This document shows, in pieces, positions 38,372 through 47,181 of a stretch of DNA of 64,000 bases. The translations under genes were made by a program, and so were the position numbers. The first letter of the stretch is position 1. Each line of letters opens with the position of its first letter. The stretch comes from a virus, in the IMG/VR virus record IMGVR_UViG_3300024308_000021, positions 5,467 to 69,466 of that record. One strand, written 5' to 3'. The notes under the pieces are model-generated. The model searched no databases. It was not told the origin of the DNA and worked only from the letters and a program-made list of their open reading frames with translations.

Positions 38372-39137
38372 GTTAGGAGCCCTACCGCTATCGGTAGGGA
38401 CTTCCCTAGCATTCGAGTCGTTTGAACTCAATGGGTTCGGAAAACTCCGCAAGATCTACGTAAATCTTCACACCCTGATGCGTAACCTACATGGAGCATG
38501 TAACTCCGCATGGAGAGACACTGTACCGTACGAAGTATATGCACGTACGCTTTTAGAAGAGCTTACGCACATCCAGAATTACATCCAGGGAATAGATGGT
38601 TCAGTAGAGCTCGTGGTATACATCCCGACCTATGCTGTGTTGGCTCGTGAGTTCCCCAGAGCTAACATCAAGGAAATCAAAACACCATTACAGAAACTGT
38701 ACGCCGATCTTTCAGGTCGCGTTCTAGGTGCGTTTATCAAAAACAAACCTTTCCCTGTAGTGGAAACCAAACATCACATCCCTAAGTGCGAGCTAAGCTG
38801 TGGGGTGATTACACACCACGCTGTAGACTTACTCTCCGCCCGTAGCGATACGATACTAATCGAGTCGCATACAGGCAAGCACAAACGGATTATCGAGTGG
38901 AACTCCAAACTCAACGGAGTAGGTAACTCCCCTCGACTTCCGTTCAACCGACTGACCCTACAGGTCTTCGGCGATGGGATTGATTTTGGTAGTAATAGTT
39001 ATGCGATGAAGAAAGCACTACTAGAGCTGGCTGAAGAACGTAAATGGACTTCAGCTACTACAGACGAACGAGTGGGTTGGAGCATCCGTCAGATGCGTGA
39101 TCCAGTGGCTCGTACACTGTTTCTAGAGATGCTGTAG
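38340..39137 (+). CDS. conserved protein, possible PIN/FEN-like 5'-3' nuclease (phiKZ gp66-like)
   Basis: IYVNLHTL, ITHHAVDLL and QVFGD resemble degenerate FEN/T4 RNase H motifs. Confidence 0.45.
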   Translation: MDHQALMASRELGALPLSVGTSLAFESFELNGFGKLRKIYVNLHTLMRNLHGACNSAWRDTVPYEVYARTLLEELTHIQNYIQGIDGSVELVVYIPTYAVLAREFPRANIKEIKTPLQKLYADLSGRVLGAFIKNKPFPVVETKHHIPKCELSCGVITHHAVDLLSARSDTILIESHTGKHKRIIEWNSKLNGVGNSPRLPFNRLTLQVFGDGIDFGSNSYAMKKALLELAEERKWTSATTDERVGWSIRQMRDPVARTLFLEML

Positions 39138-39191
39138 TAAAATAGAGACACTAGTAATTATCTGAAACCCATCTTGCAAGAAGGTTTAACC

Positions 39192-40100
39192 ATGGAAAAC
39201 GAACAACCCGCACAGGCACCTCAGACAGGTCGTCGACCCCGCAATGCTCTTGATGAGCAGAAGCTGAAACTGATGAGCGATGCGCCGCTGCATACTGCAA
39301 CCAAACCGGCTACACTGCAACCTGCAATGATTGCCAACCAGCTTCGCTTGCGTTGCTGGACTAATGTCCCGTCCGATAAAAACGACGGACTGATCGAAGC
39401 TCGTATGGACTCCGCTACTTTCCGTAGCTTCTTCGAGCGAATGCTGCTGCTGGTAGAAGGTAAAATCACCGAGACCGTACGTCTGGCGTGTGACGCCCAA
39501 GACGAGCAAGGCAACCAGGCTCCATCCGTGGTGGTGGTAGGTGGTCGTAACGACAAAGGCGAGATCTTCATCGGACTGATTCCTGCCGACGAGTCTCGTC
39601 CTCGTCCTCAGTTCATCCTCCACACCTCCAGCTGGCATCGTTGGTTGGATCAGAACAACCAACCTATCTCCGCAGCACTGGCTTCTGAGATCTTTGCTCG
39701 TGGTTGGATCCGTCAAGTACTGGAACTCAGTACCTGCGTACTGGCTGTGAATTTCACAGAACGCCAAATCGGTCCGGATGGCAAAACCATTCCTCAAGGC
39801 CAGGGTGGTCAGCGTCCTGCTTACCAAGGTGGTGGCCAGCAAGGCGGTTACAAGAAGCAGTGGCAGAGCGGTAACGGCGGCGGCCAAAACTTCCAGAAGA
39901 AACCGTATCAAGGCGGTGGTAACGGTAACTACCAGAAGAAACCCTGGCAGGGTGGTGGCAACCAAAACGGAGGCGGTGGTTATAAGAAGCCGTGGCAGCA
40001 GAACCAAGGCGGTGGTCAAAACAACTACCAGGCAGCAGCCCCTCAAGCCACTGCTGCTCCGAGCCCTAACGGTGGATTCGATACCAACATCCCGTTCTAA
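39192..40100 (+). CDS. chmC: ChmC-like nucleic-acid-binding protein with G/Q-rich tail
   Basis: Directly upstream of the gp68- and PicA-like genes; ~200-aa folded domain plus GQ-rich disordered tail ending FDTNIPF. Confidence 0.7.
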   Translation: MENEQPAQAPQTGRRPRNALDEQKLKLMSDAPLHTATKPATLQPAMIANQLRLRCWTNVPSDKNDGLIEARMDSATFRSFFERMLLLVEGKITETVRLACDAQDEQGNQAPSVVVVGGRNDKGEIFIGLIPADESRPRPQFILHTSSWHRWLDQNNQPISAALASEIFARGWIRQVLELSTCVLAVNFTERQIGPDGKTIPQGQGGQRPAYQGGGQQGGYKKQWQSGNGGGQNFQKKPYQGGGNGNYQKKPWQGGGNQNGGGGYKKPWQQNQGGGQNNYQAAAPQATAAPSPNGGFDTNIPF

Positions 40101-40106
40101 GAGTAA

Positions 40107-40134
40107 TAGAGGAGTGGCGTTAGCCACTCCTCTA
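40107..40134 (+). terminator. intergenic hairpin/terminator
   Basis: 12-bp stem TAGAGGAGTGGC-gtta-GCCACTCCTCTA. Confidence 0.65.
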
Positions 40135-40151
40135 GGTTGAAAATAATAATA

Positions 40152-40170
40152 AGCCTACATTACTTAGGTG
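40152..40170 (+). promoter_or_regulatory. putative early promoter
   Basis: AGCCTA-CATTAC-N5-TG. Confidence 0.55.
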
Positions 40171-40200
40171 AGTGTCCCCTAGATAAAGGAATACCGACAT

Positions 40201-41817
40201 ATGCGTTTTATAAAAGACGAGTCTCGTAAACTGGGCGTCGTCACTGTGGAACATCGCGGACAAACGATTGTGTTTGATACCTCGCGATATATCCAGCCAG
40301 ACGAGTACTCGGATCCAACGAATTTGTTTCAGGCATTGAATGCATGGTGGGCTAGTTTAAACGACCAGATGCAGGATGCGATCTTCCAAGTATACGTTGA
40401 GTCTCGTGAGATCCTCGATACCGTATACGAGACAGGTCGTCGTCAAGCCGGTCTGCGCCGTCAGTTCCGTAGACTCTACGAACTGAATGAACTCCCTACA
40501 GTCAAGGCTTTCCTGGTACGCAATGGCCTGATCAGTTTCCCAGGGAATATCAAAGACCAGTACTCTCCTACTGACAACGTAGACCTTACGTATCTGCGCG
40601 CACACTACGCAGGATTGGCTACACTAGCCATCCTCCTGCGGATGGTAGTGCCGATGTGGGGTGTGTTTCTGACCAGTCTGGGTCGTAACGAGATCAACAC
40701 CAAAGACCGACTAGCAGTTCGGTTGTTAGGTGAAGTGAACTTCACTCAACCTGAGTCTGGTTTCTCTGAAGACTACGATCGTCTGCGTAACTACGTACTG
40801 ACTCTCGTATCAGACAAAGGAGGCGTGCCGCTCTCAGCTCTGGTAGACTCCATCGGTAGTGAGGAATTCCCTGAGTGGATCTTCTCTACAGTACTGCTTC
40901 GCCGAGTAGCACTGGGAGAGGTCTCTCGCACCGAGCGTGAAGTAAACATCGTCTCTACCGTGTACGCTCTGGTGAAGTCGTACATCGATTCTGCTGATCG
41001 TAAGTTCGACGGACGGATCTCCGATAAACACGGGGACTCCGACGATGAAGACAACGCTAGTTTGATGGAAGCGTTCAAAGCCAAGCAAGACATCTCTCCT
41101 GGGCAGATTACCGCTTACGAGGTGTATATGGAAAACCTTCCACGCCTGGCTAATCACGTCGATCCGTTACTGGAACCAGCTCGCGTAGAGCTTTGTTTCC
41201 AGAACATCCGTCAAGCTTTACTGAGTGACGATATTCGGATTACCAAACACGTATCAACTCTGATCAAGATGATTGCGTCTAAAGTAATCCCACATCGAGC
41301 TGTAGCTCACATCGCAGGTTTCGTTCCAGCGGATATGCCGGATGAAGCTTCAGATGGTTCCAACCGAGAGGAACTCCTGGCTGCTCGTCAGCGGGCTTTC
41401 GTAACCGGGAATGGTAACTATCCGCTGTGGAACTTGGTAGCAGTGACACAAGCACTGCTGTGGCAACAAGGCTTCACAGCACTGGCAGCACTGGTTACAG
41501 TCAAACCACTTCCTCGTGAACAATCCTTCGGTCAGTCTGTAGTAATGCGACAGATCCCGAAAGACCAACTCGCGGAGTTAGAAGCGCTGTACCCACACTA
41601 CCGCCTACCAGGCAATAAAACCAACCTGGTAGAATTCGAAGCAGCTAAGTTCTTAGAACAGTTAGCTGTATCGGATTGGAAGTGCGTGGCTCCACTGGAA
41701 CTTCGTAAAACCCTGGAGAACTACCAAGAAGGACAAGATAACTTCGTACCTCCGGGAAATCTGCGTATTGAGTTCGCGGCTTTTGTTAAATGGTTCAATC
41801 AAACCTACCTAGACTAA
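40201..41817 (+). CDS. non-virion RNAP sigma-like subunit (phiKZ gp68-like)
   Basis: 538 aa, helical, AAGGA RBS; position in the nvRNAP block. Confidence 0.75.
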   Translation: MRFIKDESRKLGVVTVEHRGQTIVFDTSRYIQPDEYSDPTNLFQALNAWWASLNDQMQDAIFQVYVESREILDTVYETGRRQAGLRRQFRRLYELNELPTVKAFLVRNGLISFPGNIKDQYSPTDNVDLTYLRAHYAGLATLAILLRMVVPMWGVFLTSLGRNEINTKDRLAVRLLGEVNFTQPESGFSEDYDRLRNYVLTLVSDKGGVPLSALVDSIGSEEFPEWIFSTVLLRRVALGEVSRTEREVNIVSTVYALVKSYIDSADRKFDGRISDKHGDSDDEDNASLMEAFKAKQDISPGQITAYEVYMENLPRLANHVDPLLEPARVELCFQNIRQALLSDDIRITKHVSTLIKMIASKVIPHRAVAHIAGFVPADMPDEASDGSNREELLAARQRAFVTGNGNYPLWNLVAVTQALLWQQGFTALAALVTVKPLPREQSFGQSVVMRQIPKDQLAELEALYPHYRLPGNKTNLVEFEAAKFLEQLAVSDWKCVAPLELRKTLENYQEGQDNFVPPGNLRIEFAAFVKWFNQTYLD

Positions 41818-41827
41818 TAAAGGAGTA

Positions 41828-43330
41828 ATGGACATGTCTTATATGAATTTCGGTGTCGGCGCTGGTAATGACGTAGTGCGCGTAGTCAAGCTGGCAATCG
41901 TGGAAACTGGTAGTTATCAAACCCAGTTCATTCGTCCCCTGGCCATGTCCCAGATCGATGCTTCTGTGAACCAGGCTTTGGATTCCGCTACTCGCGAGGG
42001 TACTAACGTAACCCCGCAGGCTTTTGCTAACGTAGCAGGTCAGCTGCTGGCTCCGAGTTCTCAAGTAGATGCTCCTGCGGTAATCCCTGGTGGTTGGGGT
42101 GAGAAACGCGGTCGCTTCTACATGGAAGTTGCCATCAAGCGTCCGAACTCAGCTATCACAGTGCACCAAGTACTGACTGGCTTTACTGACCACCTGGGCT
42201 TTGGTCTGAACGGTTATGATGAGAACATGCGTTTCTACATCAACAACGTGATTACCATTCGTGAGACTGTGAACGCCATCGGTGGACACAACCACTCACA
42301 ACTCCAGGTAGCTGGCTGTGATCAGTTGTTGCTGCCATCCTACCAACCCCAGCAGTCTGGTATGAACGAGTTCACCATGCGTCCTATGGACATCATGGGG
42401 GCTGGTACTGCCGGTAGTCTGATGTTGGATACTCCGGTTCCTGTGAATGATGGTCGTGCTACTTTCGCAGATGGTGTTAAACTGTCTCGTCGTAGCAACC
42501 TGGTTGCATCGAATTACCTGTCTCGTGCAGTACAGGCTTATATCGATGCTCAGTCCTGCACTACCGATGCAGACAACCTGGTTAGTATCGGGGATGCTGC
42601 TACCAGCAACCTGAACGAAGCTTCAGTAGATTCCAATGACCTGTTCTGTCTGTTCTCCCGTGTAACCGGGTTCAACGATCAGACCAACCTGGGTAGTATC
42701 ACCTACCGTGAGTTGTTGGAAATCGATCCGAATGCTCGGAACGTAACCAAGGCTACTCTGCTGGATCAGGCTGCTCGTGCTAAAGCACCGACTCCCGATC
42801 AGTCCAATACCTTCAACGGCAGTAACTGGGAAGATGTAATCCAGCAGTCGCTGTTGCAAGGCATCGTGGCTATCGTATCGGAGTGTAACCTGCGTAGCTT
42901 TAATATGATCGCTTCCAACCAGACCATGGAACCCACTCACGACTCCTGGCAGATCAACCTCCAGTACGTAGGTGGTTTTGTACCGAACCGTCCAGTACAC
43001 TACGAAGCGCAGGTAGCTTTGCAGCGCATCGTGTTCCAGGTTCTGAAGCCGACCTCCCGCAACAACCTGATCGGTATTGCGTTCACCATCTCAGTAGATC
43101 TGATGGGTGATACCAGTATCCAGTTGTCTGTAAACGGCGGTCCTGTGGTTCCGTATATCATTCCGACCGTAGCGGATGGTCTGAGCAGCATGCTGCTGAC
43201 CACCAACTACCAGAACATCACCAGTATGGGGCATGACCTCGTAATGATGGCTTCTAAAATCGCACCGACTGAAACCAGCATGGGACAGCCTGGTGACTCT
43301 CTTTCCGGTAACAACGCTTGGGGATTCTAA
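41828..43330 (+). CDS. picA: PicA/Imp1-like nuclear import protein (phiKZ gp69-like)
   Basis: 500 aa immediately after the gp68-like gene; size and synteny match. Confidence 0.65.
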   Translation: MDMSYMNFGVGAGNDVVRVVKLAIVETGSYQTQFIRPLAMSQIDASVNQALDSATREGTNVTPQAFANVAGQLLAPSSQVDAPAVIPGGWGEKRGRFYMEVAIKRPNSAITVHQVLTGFTDHLGFGLNGYDENMRFYINNVITIRETVNAIGGHNHSQLQVAGCDQLLLPSYQPQQSGMNEFTMRPMDIMGAGTAGSLMLDTPVPVNDGRATFADGVKLSRRSNLVASNYLSRAVQAYIDAQSCTTDADNLVSIGDAATSNLNEASVDSNDLFCLFSRVTGFNDQTNLGSITYRELLEIDPNARNVTKATLLDQAARAKAPTPDQSNTFNGSNWEDVIQQSLLQGIVAIVSECNLRSFNMIASNQTMEPTHDSWQINLQYVGGFVPNRPVHYEAQVALQRIVFQVLKPTSRNNLIGIAFTISVDLMGDTSIQLSVNGGPVVPYIIPTVADGLSSMLLTTNYQNITSMGHDLVMMASKIAPTETSMGQPGDSLSGNNAWGF

Positions 43331-43333
43331 GAA

Positions 43334-44593
43334 ATGGCCTTACTTGATTATTATAAACTGATTGTCGAGGAGTGTGCGGGTATGGTGCTGTCGGAAGATG
43401 GCACTATCCACTCTTCCGTAGACGGGGTACTGGCACCGGTACTGGTTAACAAAAAGAAACTGATCATGCCGACTCGGGAGTTTCTCTCCCGCCCGGACTG
43501 GGAACAGTTCACCGCATTCCATCCTCTGTCTGAGAAATCCAGCATGGGTGAGTCTGAGGTACTGCGTACCATCCGGATGTATATGTACACTACCCTCAAC
43601 GGCGACGGTAGCATGATTCTCGAATCTGCAATCCGTCTGGCGGCTTCTCCTGCTCTGCACAAGAAACTCCCAGCCAAAGTGAAACGAATGCTCGCAATCG
43701 TTCCTGACGCTGACGATCGTTCTGTGAAAGACATGGGTAAGATCCTGGATCGTCTGGGTTCCCACAACCGAGCTAAGCTCGTAAGTATCTTCCTCAAACG
43801 CAAAGGTAAGCTGGATGGTCGTGAGTACTCTCGTGTGTGCTCTGTAGACTTCCCCATCCTTACTGACGCGAACGACGATACTCGTGAGATCCTGGGTGTA
43901 CAGGTACGCGTCAAGGATTACGAGCCGTTCAAAGCTCTTATCCGCTGGATGTACGGTGTGGAGAAAGGTTACTCTCGTGGTACCAACACTCCGATCGCTC
44001 CTTACCTGACCTGCCTGCTCCAGTCCTGGTTTGCGATTGCAGAACACATCAATGAAATCGTGACTCTGCTCAAAGACTCACTGCCGGAACTGGCTGTGTT
44101 GGGTTACAACACCTCCTGGGCTGATTTCCTGGACGAGTTTCCGAAACTCCAACTCGAGATCCCTGCCTTGGAAGGTAATACCGGAGTAGTGGATGAAGAA
44201 GTAGCCGCACAGTCCGGCGTAGCTCCTACCACCACTGTAACCGGTCAGCGTAACCTGGCTAGCAAGATGATCACTGAAGCTCCACAGCAACCCAATGCTG
44301 TAGTGATGCCTCAGCCGACCATTCAGCAGCCTACGCCCAACACACCTACCCCCACTGTAACAGCAGCACCAGGTGGTACTGTGTCTTGGGACGACATTCG
44401 TCCTAAAGCCATTCCGCAGACGCAGTATGGTGGGTGGGGTCAGCCACAACAGATCCCTGTAGGCGGTCGGATGTCTGGACCTAACACTCACCTGCAACCC
44501 CAGCAGGCCCAGGGCGGTTGGTTTGGTGAGACCACCGCACCACAGCAAGGTGGATGGGGTCAGCCCACTTCACCTCAAGGTTGGAATTTCTAA
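43334..44593 (+). CDS. conserved nucleus-block protein (phiKZ gp70-like) with P/Q/G/W-rich tail
   Basis: 419 aa; C-terminal ~120 aa low complexity with GGWGQ motifs. Confidence 0.7.
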   Translation: MALLDYYKLIVEECAGMVLSEDGTIHSSVDGVLAPVLVNKKKLIMPTREFLSRPDWEQFTAFHPLSEKSSMGESEVLRTIRMYMYTTLNGDGSMILESAIRLAASPALHKKLPAKVKRMLAIVPDADDRSVKDMGKILDRLGSHNRAKLVSIFLKRKGKLDGREYSRVCSVDFPILTDANDDTREILGVQVRVKDYEPFKALIRWMYGVEKGYSRGTNTPIAPYLTCLLQSWFAIAEHINEIVTLLKDSLPELAVLGYNTSWADFLDEFPKLQLEIPALEGNTGVVDEEVAAQSGVAPTTTVTGQRNLASKMITEAPQQPNAVVMPQPTIQQPTPNTPTPTVTAAPGGTVSWDDIRPKAIPQTQYGGWGQPQQIPVGGRMSGPNTHLQPQQAQGGWFGETTAPQQGGWGQPTSPQGWNF

Positions 44594-44598
44594 TAAGA

Positions 44599-44657
44599 GC
44601 ATAACGGCTAGCTAGGGGGAGTACCCCTAGCTAGCCTTAATATAATGTATTTTTTTA
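44599..44657. terminator. bidirectional terminator
   Basis: 13-bp stem GGCTAGCTAGGGG-gagta-CCCCTAGCTAGCC; CATA upstream; convergent genes. Confidence 0.8.
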
Positions 44658-44665
44658 TCTGAAGG

Positions 44666-45001
44666 TCAGATATTGTAGTTAGTCTGAAAGCGTTGTTGTA
44701 AATACTCCATACTCGTATCTCCAGGAATGTAGAGATTAGTATGTTGGTAGTCGAACTCATGGTCGTGTTTGAGACTATTGAGTCGCATGGTTAAGTAATG
44801 TTTGTGTTGAGGCACGTTGTAGTGTGCTAAAAACCCAAACAGGTTAAACCTGAATTTATGCAGTTCACTAGGAGGCACTGAGACTAGTTGTGTATCCTGG
44901 CGTTTACGGAACCACTCTAAGTGATCTACTAAAACCTGCATGAATTTAGGATCGTAATAAATTTGGGAACCCGAGGGTACCAGTAGAGCTTCTAGCGACA
45001 T
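44666..45001 (-). CDS. small conserved protein, possibly LysM/T4 gp53-like baseplate component
   Basis: 111 aa, AAGGGA RBS; pattern ...LTMRLN...LYIP; fold assignment is inference. Confidence 0.45.
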   Translation of the reverse strand: MSLEALLVPSGSQIYYDPKFMQVLVDHLEWFRKRQDTQLVSVPPSELHKFRFNLFGFLAHYNVPQHKHYLTMRLNSLKHDHEFDYQHTNLYIPGDTSMEYLQQRFQTNYNI

Positions 45002-45021
45002 GGTAGATCCCTTAATTTTTG

Positions 45022-45040
45022 CAACCTATATCATTACTAT
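45022..45040 (+). promoter_or_regulatory. possible early promoter of the nvRNAP beta operon
   Basis: CAACCTATATCATTAC in the divergent gap. Confidence 0.4.
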
Positions 45041-45069
45041 GCCTAAGAATAACTAGGAGTGTAACCTAG

Positions 45070-47181
45070 ATGGAATTAAGTAAAATATTTGCACCCAAAT
45101 TCCCGATACCCACGAGAGTAAACCAACTCAATCCGGTTTACTTGGGCGTAGGGACAGGTCTGAACTCATTCGTCGCAAACGATTCCTCGTCTCGTATGCA
45201 GATGTTTGGTTCTCACCTGACACAGTTACTACTAATGAAAGGAGCAGGAGTACGTAACATACTCTCAGGTTCTGAGAAAGAGTACGGGAAATACGTTTTC
45301 AATAAGAAGCTGAACTATCCGTGTCGTATCGTGAAGATACTGCCGAAGTATCCGGTGGGTATGGGTTCTGGTAGTGTGTCGAATTCCACCACTACTACAG
45401 TCCTGATCGAACACGAGTCCACTCGTGAACTCGACTACATCCAACTCCACGACTACCACTCGCTGCACCAGTCTTACGGTTATCGCTTCCGTAAGATGCC
45501 TGCGTGTCGGAACCTCGTAGAGAACCAGATGTTCCCGCAGGATGAAACAATCCTCTACCAAACTCCAGGCGTCACCGACTCGGGTATCTATACCTACGGT
45601 CGTGAGACCAACGTGGCTTTTATGTCGCTTCCAGGTATTATCCAGGACGGTGTGATAGCTTCGGACGAGTGGTGTGAGCAAGCTACGTTCACCGCTGTGA
45701 AAACTGCGGTAGCTAGCGGTGGTTCCAAGTTTGTGTTCTTGAATCTCTACGGGGATGATACGAATTACAAATGCTTCCCAGATCACGGAGAGCGGGTGGC
45801 GGATCATGGGGTGTTGGTAGCGATGCGTCGTATAGACGATGACACTGCACTGATTGATCTCTCACCTAAAGCACTGCGTAAGATCGACTACGCTTTTGAC
45901 AAACTCACCTACGCTGAACCAAGCGCTGTAGTGACGGATGTTACTGTGTGGCACGATCCTGCTAGCAGATCGCCTAAGTCCCCTTCCGGTACAGCTACTC
46001 AGATGCAGAAGTATCACGCTAAGACAATGGAGTATTACGCCAACGTCGATCGTGAGTATTATCGGTACTTCAAAGAACGTGGGGATGCGCTGCGCATTAC
46101 ACCACGACTGCATGGTCTGGTACGAGAAGCCAAAGCACGACTGCTGAACACGAAGTCTGGGTCTAGCAAGAACAAGCTGACCTACACTTATCGTAAAGCT
46201 CCTCTGGATGACTACCGAGTAGAGATTCAGTATGCGTACGAGGTTACTCCGACCATCGGGTTTAAAGTAACAGGGTGTCACGGGGATAAAGGGGTTATCT
46301 GCGGTAAGTGGCCTAAAGCCAACATGCCGCGAGATGAATACGGTAACGTAGCGGATATGGTGATGGATGGGGACTCCACTAGTAAGCGGATGAACCTAGG
46401 TCGTGTGTACGAGCAGTACATCAACATCTCAGGTCGTGAGACTCGTGATCGTTTGCATGAACTGCTGCCACTGGGGAAGGAAGTTGCTTTCGAACACCTG
46501 ATCGGTTTCTACGAAGCAGTAGCTCCTGAGTTCCATGCCAAGTGCAAGGAATACTTCGAGCTGCAAGCTAGTAAGGGTCGTCTGGAGGAAGCAGTAGAAC
46601 ATCACTTACGCTGCGTGATGACTCCTAACCCCAACAACCCAGCTGAAGGTATCAACGTCTGGATCCCCACGAACTGTAGCGTGATTGGAGCTGAACAAAT
46701 CCGCAGACTGATGGCCTCAGTGTATCGTCCGCGTAAGTCTCATGTCACCTATACTGATCCTTACGGTAAAACCATTGTTACTCGCACTAAGATGATGATC
46801 GGTAGTATGTACATCATGCTGCTCGAGAAAACAGGCGATGACTGGTCTTCCGTAAGTTCTCCCAGACTGCAACACATCGGCCTGGCAGCTAAGCTCAGTA
46901 AGTCAGACAAACTCAGTACTCCAGCTAAACGTACAGCCACCCGGATCTTCGGTGAAGACGAAATCCGTCTGATCTGTGCTAACGCTGGTGGGGATGTCGC
47001 TGCTGAGTTACTGGATCGTACCAACAACCCTGCGAAGCACCGGATGATCTGCCGTAACATCCAGCGCTCTCACACACCGAGTCGTATACACGACGCTACA
47101 CGCGGTGTAGTGGGTCGCAACAACAACGCAGTGAACTTCACTTTCCACATTCAGGAATCCGGCGGGATAGGTATCGAGTAA
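45070..47181 (+). CDS. non-virion RNAP beta C-terminal subunit (phiKZ gp71-73-like), uninterrupted
   Basis: SSSRMQMFGSH, IQDG, GCHGDKGV, STSKRMNLG, RIFGEDE. Confidence 0.92.
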   Translation: MELSKIFAPKFPIPTRVNQLNPVYLGVGTGLNSFVANDSSSRMQMFGSHLTQLLLMKGAGVRNILSGSEKEYGKYVFNKKLNYPCRIVKILPKYPVGMGSGSVSNSTTTTVLIEHESTRELDYIQLHDYHSLHQSYGYRFRKMPACRNLVENQMFPQDETILYQTPGVTDSGIYTYGRETNVAFMSLPGIIQDGVIASDEWCEQATFTAVKTAVASGGSKFVFLNLYGDDTNYKCFPDHGERVADHGVLVAMRRIDDDTALIDLSPKALRKIDYAFDKLTYAEPSAVVTDVTVWHDPASRSPKSPSGTATQMQKYHAKTMEYYANVDREYYRYFKERGDALRITPRLHGLVREAKARLLNTKSGSSKNKLTYTYRKAPLDDYRVEIQYAYEVTPTIGFKVTGCHGDKGVICGKWPKANMPRDEYGNVADMVMDGDSTSKRMNLGRVYEQYINISGRETRDRLHELLPLGKEVAFEHLIGFYEAVAPEFHAKCKEYFELQASKGRLEEAVEHHLRCVMTPNPNNPAEGINVWIPTNCSVIGAEQIRRLMASVYRPRKSHVTYTDPYGKTIVTRTKMMIGSMYIMLLEKTGDDWSSVSSPRLQHIGLAAKLSKSDKLSTPAKRTATRIFGEDEIRLICANAGGDVAAELLDRTNNPAKHRMICRNIQRSHTPSRIHDATRGVVGRNNNAVNFTFHIQESGGIGIE

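Noticed and set aside
39186-40127. 313-aa antisense ORF with hydrophobic Leu/Val/Thr runs
   Set aside because: It is the reverse complement of the G/Q/K repeats of the ChmC-like gene.
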